Positions 25,330 through 38,469 of a DNA stretch of 64,000 nucleotides are shown in pieces (position 1 is the stretch's first letter; every line of letters starts with the position of its first letter). Source of the stretch: Veleropilina oligotropha (lineage: Eukaryota); assembly GCA_048128005.1 (NCBI GenBank), contig JBEUKZ010000131.1, positions 496,001-560,000 of the forward strand, in the 5' to 3' direction. The notes below the pieces were generated by a model, which was not told the DNA's origin, did no database searches, and saw nothing but the letters and a program-made list of their open reading frames with translations. Made by a program: the position numbers and the translations under genes.

Positions 25330-25880
25330 GTTAATATGTAAAGCTGACTTTGCTGCCTTATCAGCCTTTTCATTGTCTTCGATGCCAGTTTGGCTTGTTA
25401 ACCAGCATAAATGATGTCATTTTCATTTAAGGGATTATTGTATTTGAGCATTAAATGTTGTATAAATACATGTCTATGCATCCCCTCAATATGCAGGACA
25501 GAGTTTCGCACAGTTTCCTGCTGCGTGGACAGTTACGAATATATTGTAAAAGCTGGACCCCCTTTCAAGCTTCAGAATCTACACCACAAACCCACCTCTC
25601 GGGGGTGGGTTATGACACAATCAGTTGACCATTTCCACAGGCCCACCCCCATAATAAATGACCAGGCCCAAGAAGCGATATGATTCAGTTATTTAAAATG
25701 CATAATTCTTTTTTTTCACCAAACAAAATTACACCAGAATTAACAAATATAAGATTGACAAAACAAATGTTTCCGACTAAATGTTAGAATAGACAGAAAT
25801 TTAGTATTATTTGTTTAGGGTTGGATTGATGGCAGATGCAGACAACTGCGACTGATAACTTAACAAAGAGCAACCAGACC

Positions 25881-26252
25881 GGTCATGAATGTTGTGATCT
25901 TCAGCGATTAACCATTTCTTCCAGATCGATTGGATTATGGCTCTTATTTGCTATAAGATCACTTGATATTCAACCCTACATAAATCTATTTCAACTGGTC
26001 ATGAATGCGTGTGCATTCTTGTGGTCTTCAGTTATTAACCATTTCTTCCATATCAATTGGATTAAGACTCTTATTTGCTATAGGATCACTTGATATTCAA
26101 CCCTGCATAAATCTATTTCAACTGGTCATGAATGCGTGTGCATTCTTGTGGTCTTCAGTTATTAACCATTTCTTCCATATCAATTGGATTAAGACTATTA
26201 TTTGTTATAGGATCACTTGATATTCAACCCCACATAGGTCTATTTCAACTGG
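25881..26252. repeat. Tandem repeat, about 127 bp x3
   Basis: ggtcatgaatg...attaaccatttcttcca...gatcacttgatattcaaccc...ctatttcaact starting at 25881, 25997 and 26124. Confidence 0.9.
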
Positions 26253-26402
26253 CATTGCATGTCCTGTAGCTTCCGACTCTCTCAAAGAGATTCGTCGCAA
26301 TGACTTTTTCACTATCTGGAGGACAGCATATAAATGTTTTAAAGTGTGGTTTGTGCTGAGTGTTGCCCGCCATAAATGAATAGTGGACGGTTGCCAGATA
26401 AC

Positions 26403-27770
26403 TGCTCATCGTCAACAGTCCGTCGACTGATGCAGTCGTCGTGGGGACTTGAAGGCAGAGGAAGATGAAGTCCTCCCCCATGCTGATCTTTCTGATGCCC
26501 ACACCAATAGTTCTGGCATGGTCATGTCCGCCCACTCTTTCACGTTGTCTGGGAACTTCTTCCGTTGCCGACATAGCTTCCGTTTTCCCTCGACGGTGCC
26601 TTGCATGATGGTCTTGCAGAGACTGTCGTGCCTTGTGACGTGGCCGAACCAAGTTAACTTCTGTCTTTTGATAGTGACAAGGAGAGGGTCATGGGACCCA
26701 CGAGGCGCAGTCTCTCTTCGCACGTATTCGATGGTTTTGTGCTCCAAGTAGGAGACGCGAAGCAGCTTCCTTGGGGGGATTTCATTTCAAGCGCCCGGAT
26801 TCTTCGTTCCGTCTGTGCCAGACTCCCACCCATATAGTAGGATAGAGAGCACCAGATATTTAATTAGCCCGAGCTTGGTTGGGAATCCGATGTTGCTTTT
26901 CCGATGTCTGTGGCTGTGGCGAACCGGATGCGGATTTTTGCTGTGCAGGTGCCATCCTTTGACATGGTCGCTGTCAAGTGTTTGAAGCTGTACACTTCTT
27001 ATAATGTCTCCCTCTTATTGTTATGTTGCCTTTCGTGCTGCTGCTGCTTTTCACAATGCCTTTTGAATTATCTGTCGTCATTTCCATGGCGTGCGCACTG
27101 GCTCTTGCAACCAGTCTGTTCGTCAAATCTCGCAGTTCGTTATTGTTGACTCCATCAGGTCGTCTGTAAAATGAAGAGTACAGACAGGCCCCCCGCCAAT
27201 GCAGATGGGGATGTAGTGGTCATGAATGGAGGGTCTCTTGTAAAATGAAGAGTACAGACAGCCCCCCCCCCCGCCAATGGAGATGGGGTGTAGCGGTCAT
27301 GAACGGAGGGTCTCTTGTAAAATGAAGACTACAGAAAGGCCCCCCCCCCCCCCGCCAATGGAGATGGGGGTGCAGTGGTCATGAATGGAGGGTCTCCTGT
27401 ATTCTTCTTTCCAGGAAAATATTGAAGAGAGCAGGAGAGAGTAAGCACCCCCGTCTGACGTCGACAGCTGTCTGAAAGAAGTTTCCAATTTGACTGTTCA
27501 AAAGAGCTGCGCTGCTGGAGTGCTCATATAGGGTCTGGGTGACTCGAACAAGGCCTGCCTCAACGTTGTAGCCTCTGAGTATGTTCTAGAGACCGTCGTG
27601 TCATATTCTGCCAATGACCATTATGAAGTTGTGAAAGAGGTCGCGTTGATGCTGTGTGTGTTTTTAAAGGCGATTCTACAGTTGAAGGTCTGTGCCACAG
27701 TACTCCGACCTGCTCTGAAGCCTGCTTGCTCCTCCGACAGTAGTTCCTCAGCATTTTCAAGAACAGCTAC
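26403..27770 (-). mobile_element. Decayed 5'-truncated RTE-clade LINE
   Basis: Minus strand AEELLSEEQAGFRAGRSTVAQTFNCRI and RQKLTWFGHVTRHDSLCKTIMQGTVEGKR...DNVKEW, typical of RTE ORF2; internal ~75-bp triplication at 27165-27400. Confidence 0.88.
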
Positions 27771-28019
27771 AGGACAGTAAATCGCTCCAAGATCTTCGTA
27801 TAATAACGTTCCAAATCATGCTGATTCATTGAGTCATTTTCCTCGTGCAGAGTCTCTCCTGTTATTTGTGAGTGGTATAGTGTTTACCTCCGATGAAAGT
27901 TTCTTTCATCTAATTCGACGTGACCCTTTAATGCGTTGCCACAGAGCAGTAGCCTACATACGGTTTGCGATTCGATCACTGGTTGTGGAGAGTTTCCGTA
28001 AACAATGGAATAAGTATAG

Positions 28020-28121
28020 GTTAACCCACATGGGACTGTTGATTCTTGAAAAATAATGCACGAGGGCCGACAGGCCCGAGTGCATTATTTTTCAAGAATC
28101 AACAGTCCCATGTGGGTTAAC
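28020..28121. repeat. Perfect 42-bp-stem hairpin with GGGCC-gaca-GGCCC inner stem-loop
   Basis: 28020-28061 is the exact reverse complement of 28080-28121. Confidence 0.95.
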
Positions 28122-31100
28122 TTACTTAATTCATTTTGACAATATTAGCTATTTGTTATATTTTAAACATTATTATATACATGAAATCGCCAATTTAAAA
28201 GCAATACGATAGAAATTTTGTACGAATTGGGGTTTACTCTCCCAAAACTCCTGTCGGATCCCATTCCTAATTAGTTGAAGGCGCCGCTTAATCATGGTTA
28301 TGAATAGACGTTTAATGTGCTCGTTAAGTGCAATTATACCGGCATGCACGGCGAAATATATTTCCGTCACGATGTTGTACATTTCAAAGCACGCTACACT
28401 TGGCTTCAGAATTTTGACCAGAGCACACGTGGGATTTACCTCTGCAGAGAGCATCAGGTATAGTATAATATTGCAAATATATGTTGTATTTTAACGACAT
28501 TTCTGTGATATAATATTTAAATAGCTCTCGGTGTTCGTTTCAAAGTAAAGCAATGGAACATCGTTCATATGAACAACAGCATTATATGGAGTATTGCCAG
28601 ATTCTTCTGAACGTTAAACGTGTATTACATTTTCTTCATTTGGGTAACGAATTTAATGTGCTTGAAGTTTGTTGTCAGTGCAAAAATGTTGTCTACGCGT
28701 TAAAATAATTAATATTTTCTTTTCAGTGTCCAAGTGTACTAGAATGGACTCGTCCGCAGATAAATCTACCTCTTTGGATTATATAGTGCGTTAAACATGC
28801 TTTCCTCATTTTCTGGAATGGAATCGTCCATAGCATGGAATTAATGCACATAACGCTTGTTTAATTGGTATTTCAAGCAGACACAATGATTTTGTAGCAG
28901 TGGATTCGTGAAATATAATCTACAGTTAATACAATGGAAACGTAGGTCAAAATGGATTAAGCATATATAGTGCCTCGGTTGAACCAACCGATATCAATTG
29001 CAAGTCATTTATATCATCTTGACAAGGAAGGTGTGAGGTGCGCCGAGAAGACGTAAGCGCACTGTTAGTAACGCTCATATACTTTACGGAAATTTGGTAC
29101 CGTGTTTGGGATCAATGACGTATCACGTTGTCAGTGATAGAGGATATTCTGAACTTGTGATTTCAACAGAAGACTCCACTTGATGATTACCGTTTAGGCT
29201 GCTATCGGTCTTGGGGAATGCTGTGAGTGACCACACATTTGCTCCAATTATTCCCTTTGACGTAAATTCCAATGAAACCTTATTCACTATGTCTTTATGT
29301 CATGCTTGAATTTTGGCTAGGATGAATTTCATGGATGATTCAGAACGGTTTTCTACCTCTGTCATACAGAAAATCAGTCTGCCAGAGCACATGGATTTGT
29401 CTCCCTTGTCATGTATATGGCATAGAATTGCATGCCTACGTGACGGAGATGCTTTCACTTATAATAATATTGTTTATGAGAAACGGACTGCAAAGATGAA
29501 TTGCGAGTAATTCATATGAAATGTTGGAATTGACCTGTAGTGGATACGGTGAATGGTAGGCTGTTTTTAGCTAACAAAAGTCGGTAACTGGAATCTATTA
29601 CGAATGAGGTAATTTCGCATGTAACTTTAGAAAGTAGATAAACACAATTATTGTGTTTGCCTAAAATAAATATAGTCCTGTTCTAAGTTCATGTCGATAG
29701 TTGAATAAGATCTAATATTTTAGCATTCCTTTGATGAACCAATTTGCTTTTGGTAGTCGTTGACAATGTTGTCTTGGCTATCGAGTATATGAAGCGAATA
29801 TATCTTACATTGTTTCAAATTCATCTTCACCACTTTAGATTTATGACGATTATTTCAATTCTCCTCTTTGTTTGTTCCACTTATATATCGTGAGCTGCTT
29901 TTACCTACGGGCAGGGACAATCTCGTAGGTAGCCTTGTTTGGCAACCATTTTGGATTTATTCAAGAAACTTTGTAGCCACAGTGAATGGTCTACTTCTTC
30001 TGAGGTGAGCCTTTTCCCACGAAACTTGGTACATATCTAATCGGCCCTTCAAAATTATGTTAATTTGCTAACATATTTGCTTTCAAATATGAATTTGACC
30101 TGAAATAAGACAAGGCAACGTTATTATGATCAAAAGATTATGCTAAAATCTTTTTATTGCTTAATTGTTTTAGGATACAACAAATTTGATAGTTAGTCAA
30201 TTAGATGTAAATGTGGCGTAGAGCCCGGAAAATTTTAGTTCCATTTCTAAAATATTTCACTAAATCCCAGATGAACGCCGCAGCAATAATAAAAAATACA
30301 ACATGTGATGAATTACCTAGATATAGTGGTTTGATATCCGAGTTAAAACATTGTAAATGCTAAAGGTGTTGTGATATCGTGAAATAATTACTATATAGTA
30401 GTATATACCCGTATCAGGACTTGATATACCACACCGACATTACTACTTTCTTCGAATACATTGTTTTCTGGAGGAGGTTGGAAAGTTATACTTGCAAATA
30501 TAGTCTATTCATTAAACACACAGATTCCATGTGGTACAATCATGACCAATCGTCGTACGCGAATATGGGCCTTCACGTTATATCACGTATGAAAACATGT
30601 CCAACCGATCTGACCGAAATGATATACGACTTCTGATCTGTCCTTATCGCAATATCCTGCAAGATATCAAGTTTGCGGCTGCATCCTCATATCAGCAACC
30701 CATACACTATCTGGACATTAGCATTCCAGTGTAAATTACTTCATCTATATGCATGTTTAATGGTTCAAGAACTGTGCCTAGCTCGCATGGTTATTATATC
30801 TGCAGAATCCATAAATAATCAAAGACGGTCCCAGTGAACTCGCAGTATTCAAGATTTTTTCTGACCAAAGGAGTCGATTTTCCAAAGAAATATCTCGCCA
30901 TCTGATAATTTCTGTAATCGAAAGCGGTCGCCGCCGGCACATCGTATTTTTATGCCCCCTAAGGACACGCACAATATGATAAAGGGACTAACGATAACAT
31001 TTTGGTATTAGCTTCGATTAAAATTTACAGAATGATTCATAAATCAAACTTGCGGAAAGCAAGTCGTGCATTTTATTAGTTTATCGGCCGCTAACAGTCA

Positions 31101-33436
31101 CCTATCATTCAAAATAAGCGCATTGAACTCTTGTTAATTAATATTATATAACAAGTGAATAATTGCGTATTGAATATGGTCTGGCACTGGTTCATGATGG
31201 CGGCGGGCATGGCATCGACTTTGCAACATTAATTAGTAGCAAAAATCAATGAGTAATGTAGAAAATTAACAATATATAATAGAAATCAATGAAAGACTGC
31301 AATTTCTTTCTTTTGTGTCTTTCGAGTGGTTTTTAGCTATTCGTTCATTTATCTCTGAATACGGGAGAATTCAATTAACTCGTGTTCAGACACATTTATG
31401 GTCAACGAGTGAAAATAAACATCGCGCAAAGTCTTCTCCGTTAGCAGAAAATGACTTGTTTGCCATAGAAATATGTCAGCTTCAATTGTTGGCCTGTATT
31501 TATCGCGTAATGGTTTACACAGGGCCGCATATTGCGTCTCTGAATGGAAGGTATAGCTATTGATCGATGCATTCGTAATTAAGGCCATTCGATTAATTAC
31601 TCTATACTATATTTAATTAAAAACATGGCATGTCGGTCGACGGCCCGTGTTGTGTGCCTTGAACGGGATCTGGTCTAGCGCGATTGAGAATTTGCATCTA
31701 TCTTAGAGGCTGGAGCACCATCCTCGCGCCCATAAATGCTTTCAACAAAGTCTGGTTGCCGAATAATTTTATTATACAGCGTCTCTGCTACGCTTATAAT
31801 TTCATTAAGGGAAATATGCAATTTATTGATATTGAAAACCGAACGTGTCATCTGGAGGTCGGTCTGACAAAGAAAAAATTTCATTACGCCGATTGCTTAC
31901 TATTTCTTTACATCTAACAGATTGCTGGAGGTTTTTTGGAATAGTGTTCACGTGAAATTGCACCAAATGTCATATTTATGCAAACAAAAAACATTTCTGC
32001 GGCATAATGAATATATTTCCTGGAATAAAGTGCGCATGGAATCACATTACCCTTACACAATGGTCTTTGTAAAGAAACAGACATTTGCGGCTCATGGCCC
32101 GTCGTTAATTCAGAGGACCATGGGAAGATTTAATAAAATAACGATAGATGTCGTTGACACGCTTTTATGATACCACAATTATGGCTGCACCATGTTTAGA
32201 AATTAATGACATTATTTTATATTTTTACTCTACTTACATCCGGAAATGTCATGTCATTAGGAGACAGGAAAATTATGACGAGTATTGATAACGTATGCAT
32301 GTAATGCGACCTAATTAACAGAGCACCTGTACATTATGGTCTATAGGTTAATTACGTCATCGAGCGTAATTTGGCTTTATAAGCTTGTAAAATTTCATAA
32401 CGGCTACAATTGCAACTAATATTTCGCATGTCTTTGGGCAGGACGTAACACAACATGACCACAAAAGAAAGACGTAACATACCAGGAGGCAACTGCAATA
32501 TTATTATTAAGAGATGCCAATTATCTAATTGCAAGTCGAGATCCATAATAAGATGAAAGATGCCACACCCATGGATAAGTTGAAAGTAGAACGTCACTAT
32601 CTACGAACAAGTTAATACGACAGCAAAGATCTCAGACCGTCTCATAACGATGTGATATGAGTGACAACGATGCAAATCACATATTGCAGCATCAATAAAG
32701 CTCGAGTGGTATGTTTGTATAGAGAAGCACCTTCAACTTGAAGTCCATAAACACAGGATCGACGGTGGTGATCTATAATTACCTGTATTGACTTTACTTC
32801 AGCATTGATTGACAACCTTTTCAAATACCATCATTTGCAAAAACAGCATACGCCTTATAAAAAATGAAGATTAGACTGTTGTGCGAGACATTGCATGCTA
32901 TTAGCAAGTATATTGAGATATTCAGAAAAAAATATAATCAAATCATCGAGTATCAACCGGTGCAATAATGCAGCCGACTGACGCAAGAAAACAACCGACT
33001 CCAGATGGACAGAACATGATGGATGGTGTCATCTCGTCCGAGCGTCTCCTAGTAATGAGACACATCGGCATATGTCGCCTCATAACTCATTCATGCGGGT
33101 CAGAATCGGTCGCATGACGCGATCCATCAATCAGGGTGATACTGTTATTACCGAAATATTTCTTTACACAATAACCGGTTACAACGCACAATAAAGTCGT
33201 CATGTTTTCAACTGTATTCATGGCCTGGTCTTCCATTCTTTGCCAAAGCACTTTCAAATTTGTGTGTATTTGTTGTATCTATAAATATGATAATCAAATA
33301 TTATCATAATTATATTGAGTTCAGTGTTTGAAAAGTGACATGAATATATGTCTTTCTGGCTGCTTATATTTTAAATGATGTGTGAAACGCTCAGAATCCA
33401 CACCAGAACAAAACCCAAGATCTTAAATGCGAGCTT

Positions 33437-33654
33437 GACATGTCTTATAAGAGGCGTGGCGGGCGACACGCAGACATGTCTTGTAAGAGGCGTGGCGGGC
33501 GACACGCAGACATGTCTTATAAGATGCGTGGCGGGCGACACGCAGACATGTCTTATAAGAGGCGTGACGGGCGACACGCAGACATGTCTTATAAGAGGCG
33601 TGACGGGCGACACGCAGACATGTCTTGTAAGAGGCGTGGCGGGCGACACGCAGA
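33437..33654. repeat. Tandem array, 36-bp unit x6
   Basis: gacatgtctt(a/g)taagaggcgtg(g/a)cgggcgacacgca; explains the three repetitive ORFs at 33371-33775. Confidence 0.97.
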
Positions 33655-34058
33655 TTTTAAGAACTTCTCTATGATTTTTGCGAAGTTGACCCTATCCTTT
33701 GATTATCATTTGACACAAAACTTTCATCCGTGGCTCCAAGCCCAGGACTACAAGCCCAGGACTACAAGCAGGTAGATTATACACTCTGACATTATACTTT
33801 TACACAGTCATCCTCTCCAGAAAAAACAACGGTGTTATAATAAGCATCAGATGAGTATATTACCAATAATTATGCCAATGTACTGTACCCATAACACCAT
33901 CACTACCACAAAGGTCTTGGACAATGTTGTATTTAGTTCATCAAACGGTGGTAATAATATCTTGACTCCTGAGTTATCTCCCTCTCTGCAATTTGGTACC
34001 TTCGAAACAGAACTCTGTGACAACTGTGTGGTAAGGTTGTAGATATATAATATAATAG

Positions 34059-34437
34059 TTTAGAAGCCAATTTCATTTCTCGGCCAATGAGAGAGCAGTA
34101 TTTCTCGTCAATTATTGCTGAAGACGGCACTTTGCAGGTCTATTGTTTGCGATGCCTTACCCATTATTAAGAATAGGGGTGACAGGTTGTAATGTTAATA
34201 TGGATCTTCTTGATATATTGGTAAAAAAGCTAATTATTTTGTAATAAATATGTGTTTCGATAACATAAATAGTTTAACAAATTAGATAATTATAAATAAT
34301 TTGTGTGGAGAAATGAAATTAGCTTCTAAGTCGGTTAGACGGCAGCTTGTAGACTCTTATCAAAAAGTAGTCTCGCCCTACGGGCTCGACTCCTATTTTG
34401 CTAAGACTCTCCAATCCGCCATCTAACCTATACATAG
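34059..34437 (+). mobile_element. Dispersed repeat with inner IR and terminal ~96-bp hairpin (copy 1)
   Basis: Homologous to 48191-48556; inner IR ttagaagccaatttcatttctc/gagaaatgaaattagcttctaa; hairpin 34333-34428 centred on gccc-tac-gggc; 47-bp reverse-complement match at 14118-14164. Confidence 0.75.
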
Positions 34438-37400
34438 GTGGTTACACCACGTGACCAACTTCAAGTCAATCGAAAAGGACGATAATATATGTAGTATACG
34501 ATCCACAATGATTTAGGTAACAAATCAATGTGATGTTATAAACCCAAGTTCCAATTTTGATGACACAGTTGCAAAATACAAATCTATATGGTTCGATCAG
34601 CATATACCATGTATATATGAAACTGTTATTTTCTTTCAGCTAACACTATAGTGATCTTTGTTACAATGTACCTTGAAAAGTTGTTGGGTTTGTCAAAATG
34701 GAAATTGCTGGTATTGTACACATTGTTACCAAATCATCATAGAGTAGGGTACACGGGATTATTGCGCAGACGATTTTATATGAAAGCTTGTTTCTCTTGA
34801 ATGCATAGCTATCGAAATCATCTTATTCGTCATAAATTGTAACAAGCAAACGGTTGCAATGGTGATATAGTCAACAGCCAGATTACGCCCGTGTGTCATT
34901 ATAGTGTAGACCCTTAAGGCCAGATTACGCCCGTGTGTCATTATAGTGTAGACCCTTAAGTCATAAAATGGACTTTCGTGTATTTTGTTTGCTAAATGTG
35001 ATTTATCACTTGATTATGCTTTAAAATAATATAGGGAAGAAGAAAAATAGGGTTGCATTTTTTTCGAGACCCTAACAGGTAGTAATATGACGTAATCCAA
35101 GATGGCCGCCATGGAACAGTGAAAATATTTGTTGGTTCATATCTTTGCCACCAGATTAAATAGATACATGCATAATATGTCTCTTTATATGTATGCGGAC
35201 ACTAGGGAGTCAATTCTGCCATTTTCTTTAAAAAAATTGCAAACAAATGAAGTTGATATAATCTTGATCTCATATATTTGCAGACAGATAATATAGATAC
35301 TTGAATAATATGTCGTTTTATATGTTTTCTTATACTAGGTAGGCAATTCTGTCATTTATTTTCAAAATAGCACAACCAAATGAAGTTGGCAGTCATATAT
35401 ATACGTGTGAAAATGGGACTGAAATCATATAAACATATTTTCTGTCCTATTTCCATCAGCTATTTTTCGCTTAACTTATAAACACTTTTATTATCACAAC
35501 ATGAGCCAGATAGGATAGGGACATTAATAATGTTCGTTTTGTATGTTTTTTCACACGAGGATGCCAATTGTGCATTTGTTCTTTCAGAAAAATAAAAATG
35601 GCTGATATATGGTGTCAAAATGGAGATTTTCCAAAGTTAAATTATATTTCCGGCTTTGTTTCAGTATATTTAAATTTTCCAAATATTAGTGCTAATCACC
35701 AAAGCATATATCAACAATGTTAAGTGTTTACTATGCATCATTAAAAACCAAGAAGGATCCACACACCGCCCCTAAAAGGATTTTAGTCTTTCATATAGGC
35801 CAACGATTGTGAACCGCCAGGTGCAAATAGACAATGTCAAATTCATTCAGTCCAACACATTATTTTACGTTTAACTCTAGTCGGCATCGTTAGATGACCA
35901 TGAACCTCTGGAAAAGCCTAAGCTCTGCTTTGAATTTCACCAGTTTTTTACCTCTGTGCTGTGGTATTTAACTATTACTACCTACAATTTTCCTTGTCTA
36001 CATTTTGTCACGTCAGTTAGACGTTCCATTGCAAATGGTTTAATCTGGTGTCATTCATTGATATATTTGGACATTTTATATATCATAATTTCTTTGATAT
36101 CTTTGAACACTTTTTATATCATCACTTCTTGCTAATCAGGTTGCGTACGTCGTACTATCATTTGTATACCAGGAAAGAGTCTTAGTGTTCGTTGAACATC
36201 ACAATGAGTTTGGAAGCATTATTCATGATTCGGGAAACCATCCACCCTGTGATTTCATGAGGTTGTGTTCCATTATCATTACTGCCCTATTCATTCGCAA
36301 ATTCATATAGTGATTTTGAACACTCTGGTATAATACGGAAAATATTATTAAGTGCCTTCTAATTTTGCGTTATTCCTACAATTCCCCCATTGACCAATGT
36401 TCTTGCTCAATTCAGTTCCCGAAGCAGCCTTGCTGTTTCCTTCATTTATGTCGCTGCGATATGCCTTTTCCAGAGGACAGTTTCTGGGATGCCTTCTCTT
36501 CGGATTCCGTCATGAAGAAACTATACAGATTGTATAGACCAATGAGAGTAGCCATGTTCCCTGAGTGATCTACATATATACATTATATATGCTTGCCAAT
36601 GGCATTCAAAATTTGAGTTACGGTTGTTGATGAGTGCAATTTAGCCTCCAACCATACCAGGCCTACTAAATTTCACACACACATCCATGCACGCATTCAG
36701 CGCTAAAGCCCAAAATACAATATTCAAGTTTCCAGGTTGGAATAGAAACTGCTCTCTGATGTCCCTGCGTTCCACCAACAGCTTCATAATCAGGTCAAAC
36801 AACTGCACACCTTTTGAACACGAGTTGTGATGCCATTTATACGGTATGCAACTCAGTGTGCGTCGTCGGATTAATGGAGGATCAGAAGCAACATTGATCC
36901 TGTCACTCATATGGTTGATGGATAGCAAGAAATTGAAGGCCACTCGTGATATTTGTACATTTAGTTTAATGTTGTTGTTTTCATCTTCATCAAAGTTCAT
37001 GCAACCAGTTATCCAAGCTATAGATGTTTTCTTATTCAGGCCTATGGCCGGTTTTGATGTGCTCAATATGCAATCTCTCATTCGTTCCATTGTAAAGTTT
37101 AACCTTTCCAAGATCAATCAGGATACTTGGTGGCATCATTGGCGACTTGTCAGTAGACACAAAATAATATATAGCTACTGTTGTACCATGAAGCATGTTC
37201 TTCATACCACAAAGGGTTGATTCCAGAAAGTCGATGTTGTCTAATTCACACCAGACTAACCTGTCGTGTACCAACCACAGTGGCAGACAATTGCATCCCA
37301 CTAACCGCATTTGCTTCAATGCGACATTTGTAATGCCTGTTTCAAATCCAAGCCTTTGAAATAGGTGATCTACGATCAAGTTCTGCAAGTTTACATGGAA

Positions 37401-38469
37401 GTGACTTAGATCTTGTATTTTTGTATACATCAAGGTATTAATTGAGTTTCAAAGTGCCGTTGTTGCTGTGGTTGTGGTAACGTACAATACTTGCCTGTCG
37501 GATTTGAAACATGTCACAAAGTGGTTCACCAAAATATATGCACTTTGACTACTGGTGTTCATTCTTTTGATATGTTTAACTGCCCATATTCGCTGATAGT
37601 CTACTTAAATGAACATCGAGGATCGGGTGTTTTAGATACATCTTATACCGAGGATTGTCGGGTAGGGGAAACTAAAAGTTTACATATTTTGATGAATATC
37701 ATTGATCACAACACTTTTAGTAGTATTGTTCAATTCAGTTTCTATTTCAATTATTGTCTAGATCTTGGTTAGCCTTAATTAATTAAACACGGTAAATGAT
37801 TTTTCAGATACTCGATTTGCGATCTCAATGGAGCAGAAGAACGTTTCAACACTGTTCAATATCACTTTAACGCAACCACTACTGGTTGCAATACCCGCTT
37901 TTATGTGAGCACCCATGTGCTCCGTGGAAACATACTTGAGTTGAATTTCAACGTTTTCTTGACAGATCACACATTTTCTTTACCAAAATACTGATCTTTT
38001 GCCTCTTTTCTGCAGAAAAAACATGAAGACTGGTATAATGATGTTATCAGTATAGTGTGGATTCTGGCACATCGGAAACCTCGAGTGACTGATGGATTCC
38101 TCGTAAAGTTTATATTATCAATTGGTTCATTGTTTATTTGAAAAATGACCCAAAGTTCGAAATCAACAGATTTCACCTTTTTAGGGGCGAAGAATTCCCC
38201 CCTTTGTAATGTATATATTACTGTACAGTTAAACAAGAGAGTATGGTATGGGACATGTAATGATTTAAATATTATTTATTACTAGTTACACGAAAAGGAA
38301 AATAGGCGAGGGAATATTTTTACGTTTTTACTTTGGACGCAATCCAATTTCATACTATCTATATGCCTGTCAACTTGATTTTATTGTAGTATTTGAAAGA
38401 TAAATAGCAGAATTGGCCTTCGCAAATATGAAAACATAAAACGACACGTCATTATCATATCTATCTAAC

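Noticed and set aside
30400..32900. Possible decayed Harbinger-like coding region (SINAEVKSIQVIIDHH; FHLIMD)
   Set aside because: Resemblance too faint and fragmented to support a call.
33371..33775. Three overlapping repetitive ORFs (RGG-like and others)
   Set aside because: Artifacts of a 36-bp (multiple of 3) tandem repeat; no splice or homology support.
36641..37433. Cluster of 120-160-aa ORFs inside the TIR element
   Set aside because: No recognisable motif in the supplied translations; probably decayed transposon coding sequence, and not assignable without a search.
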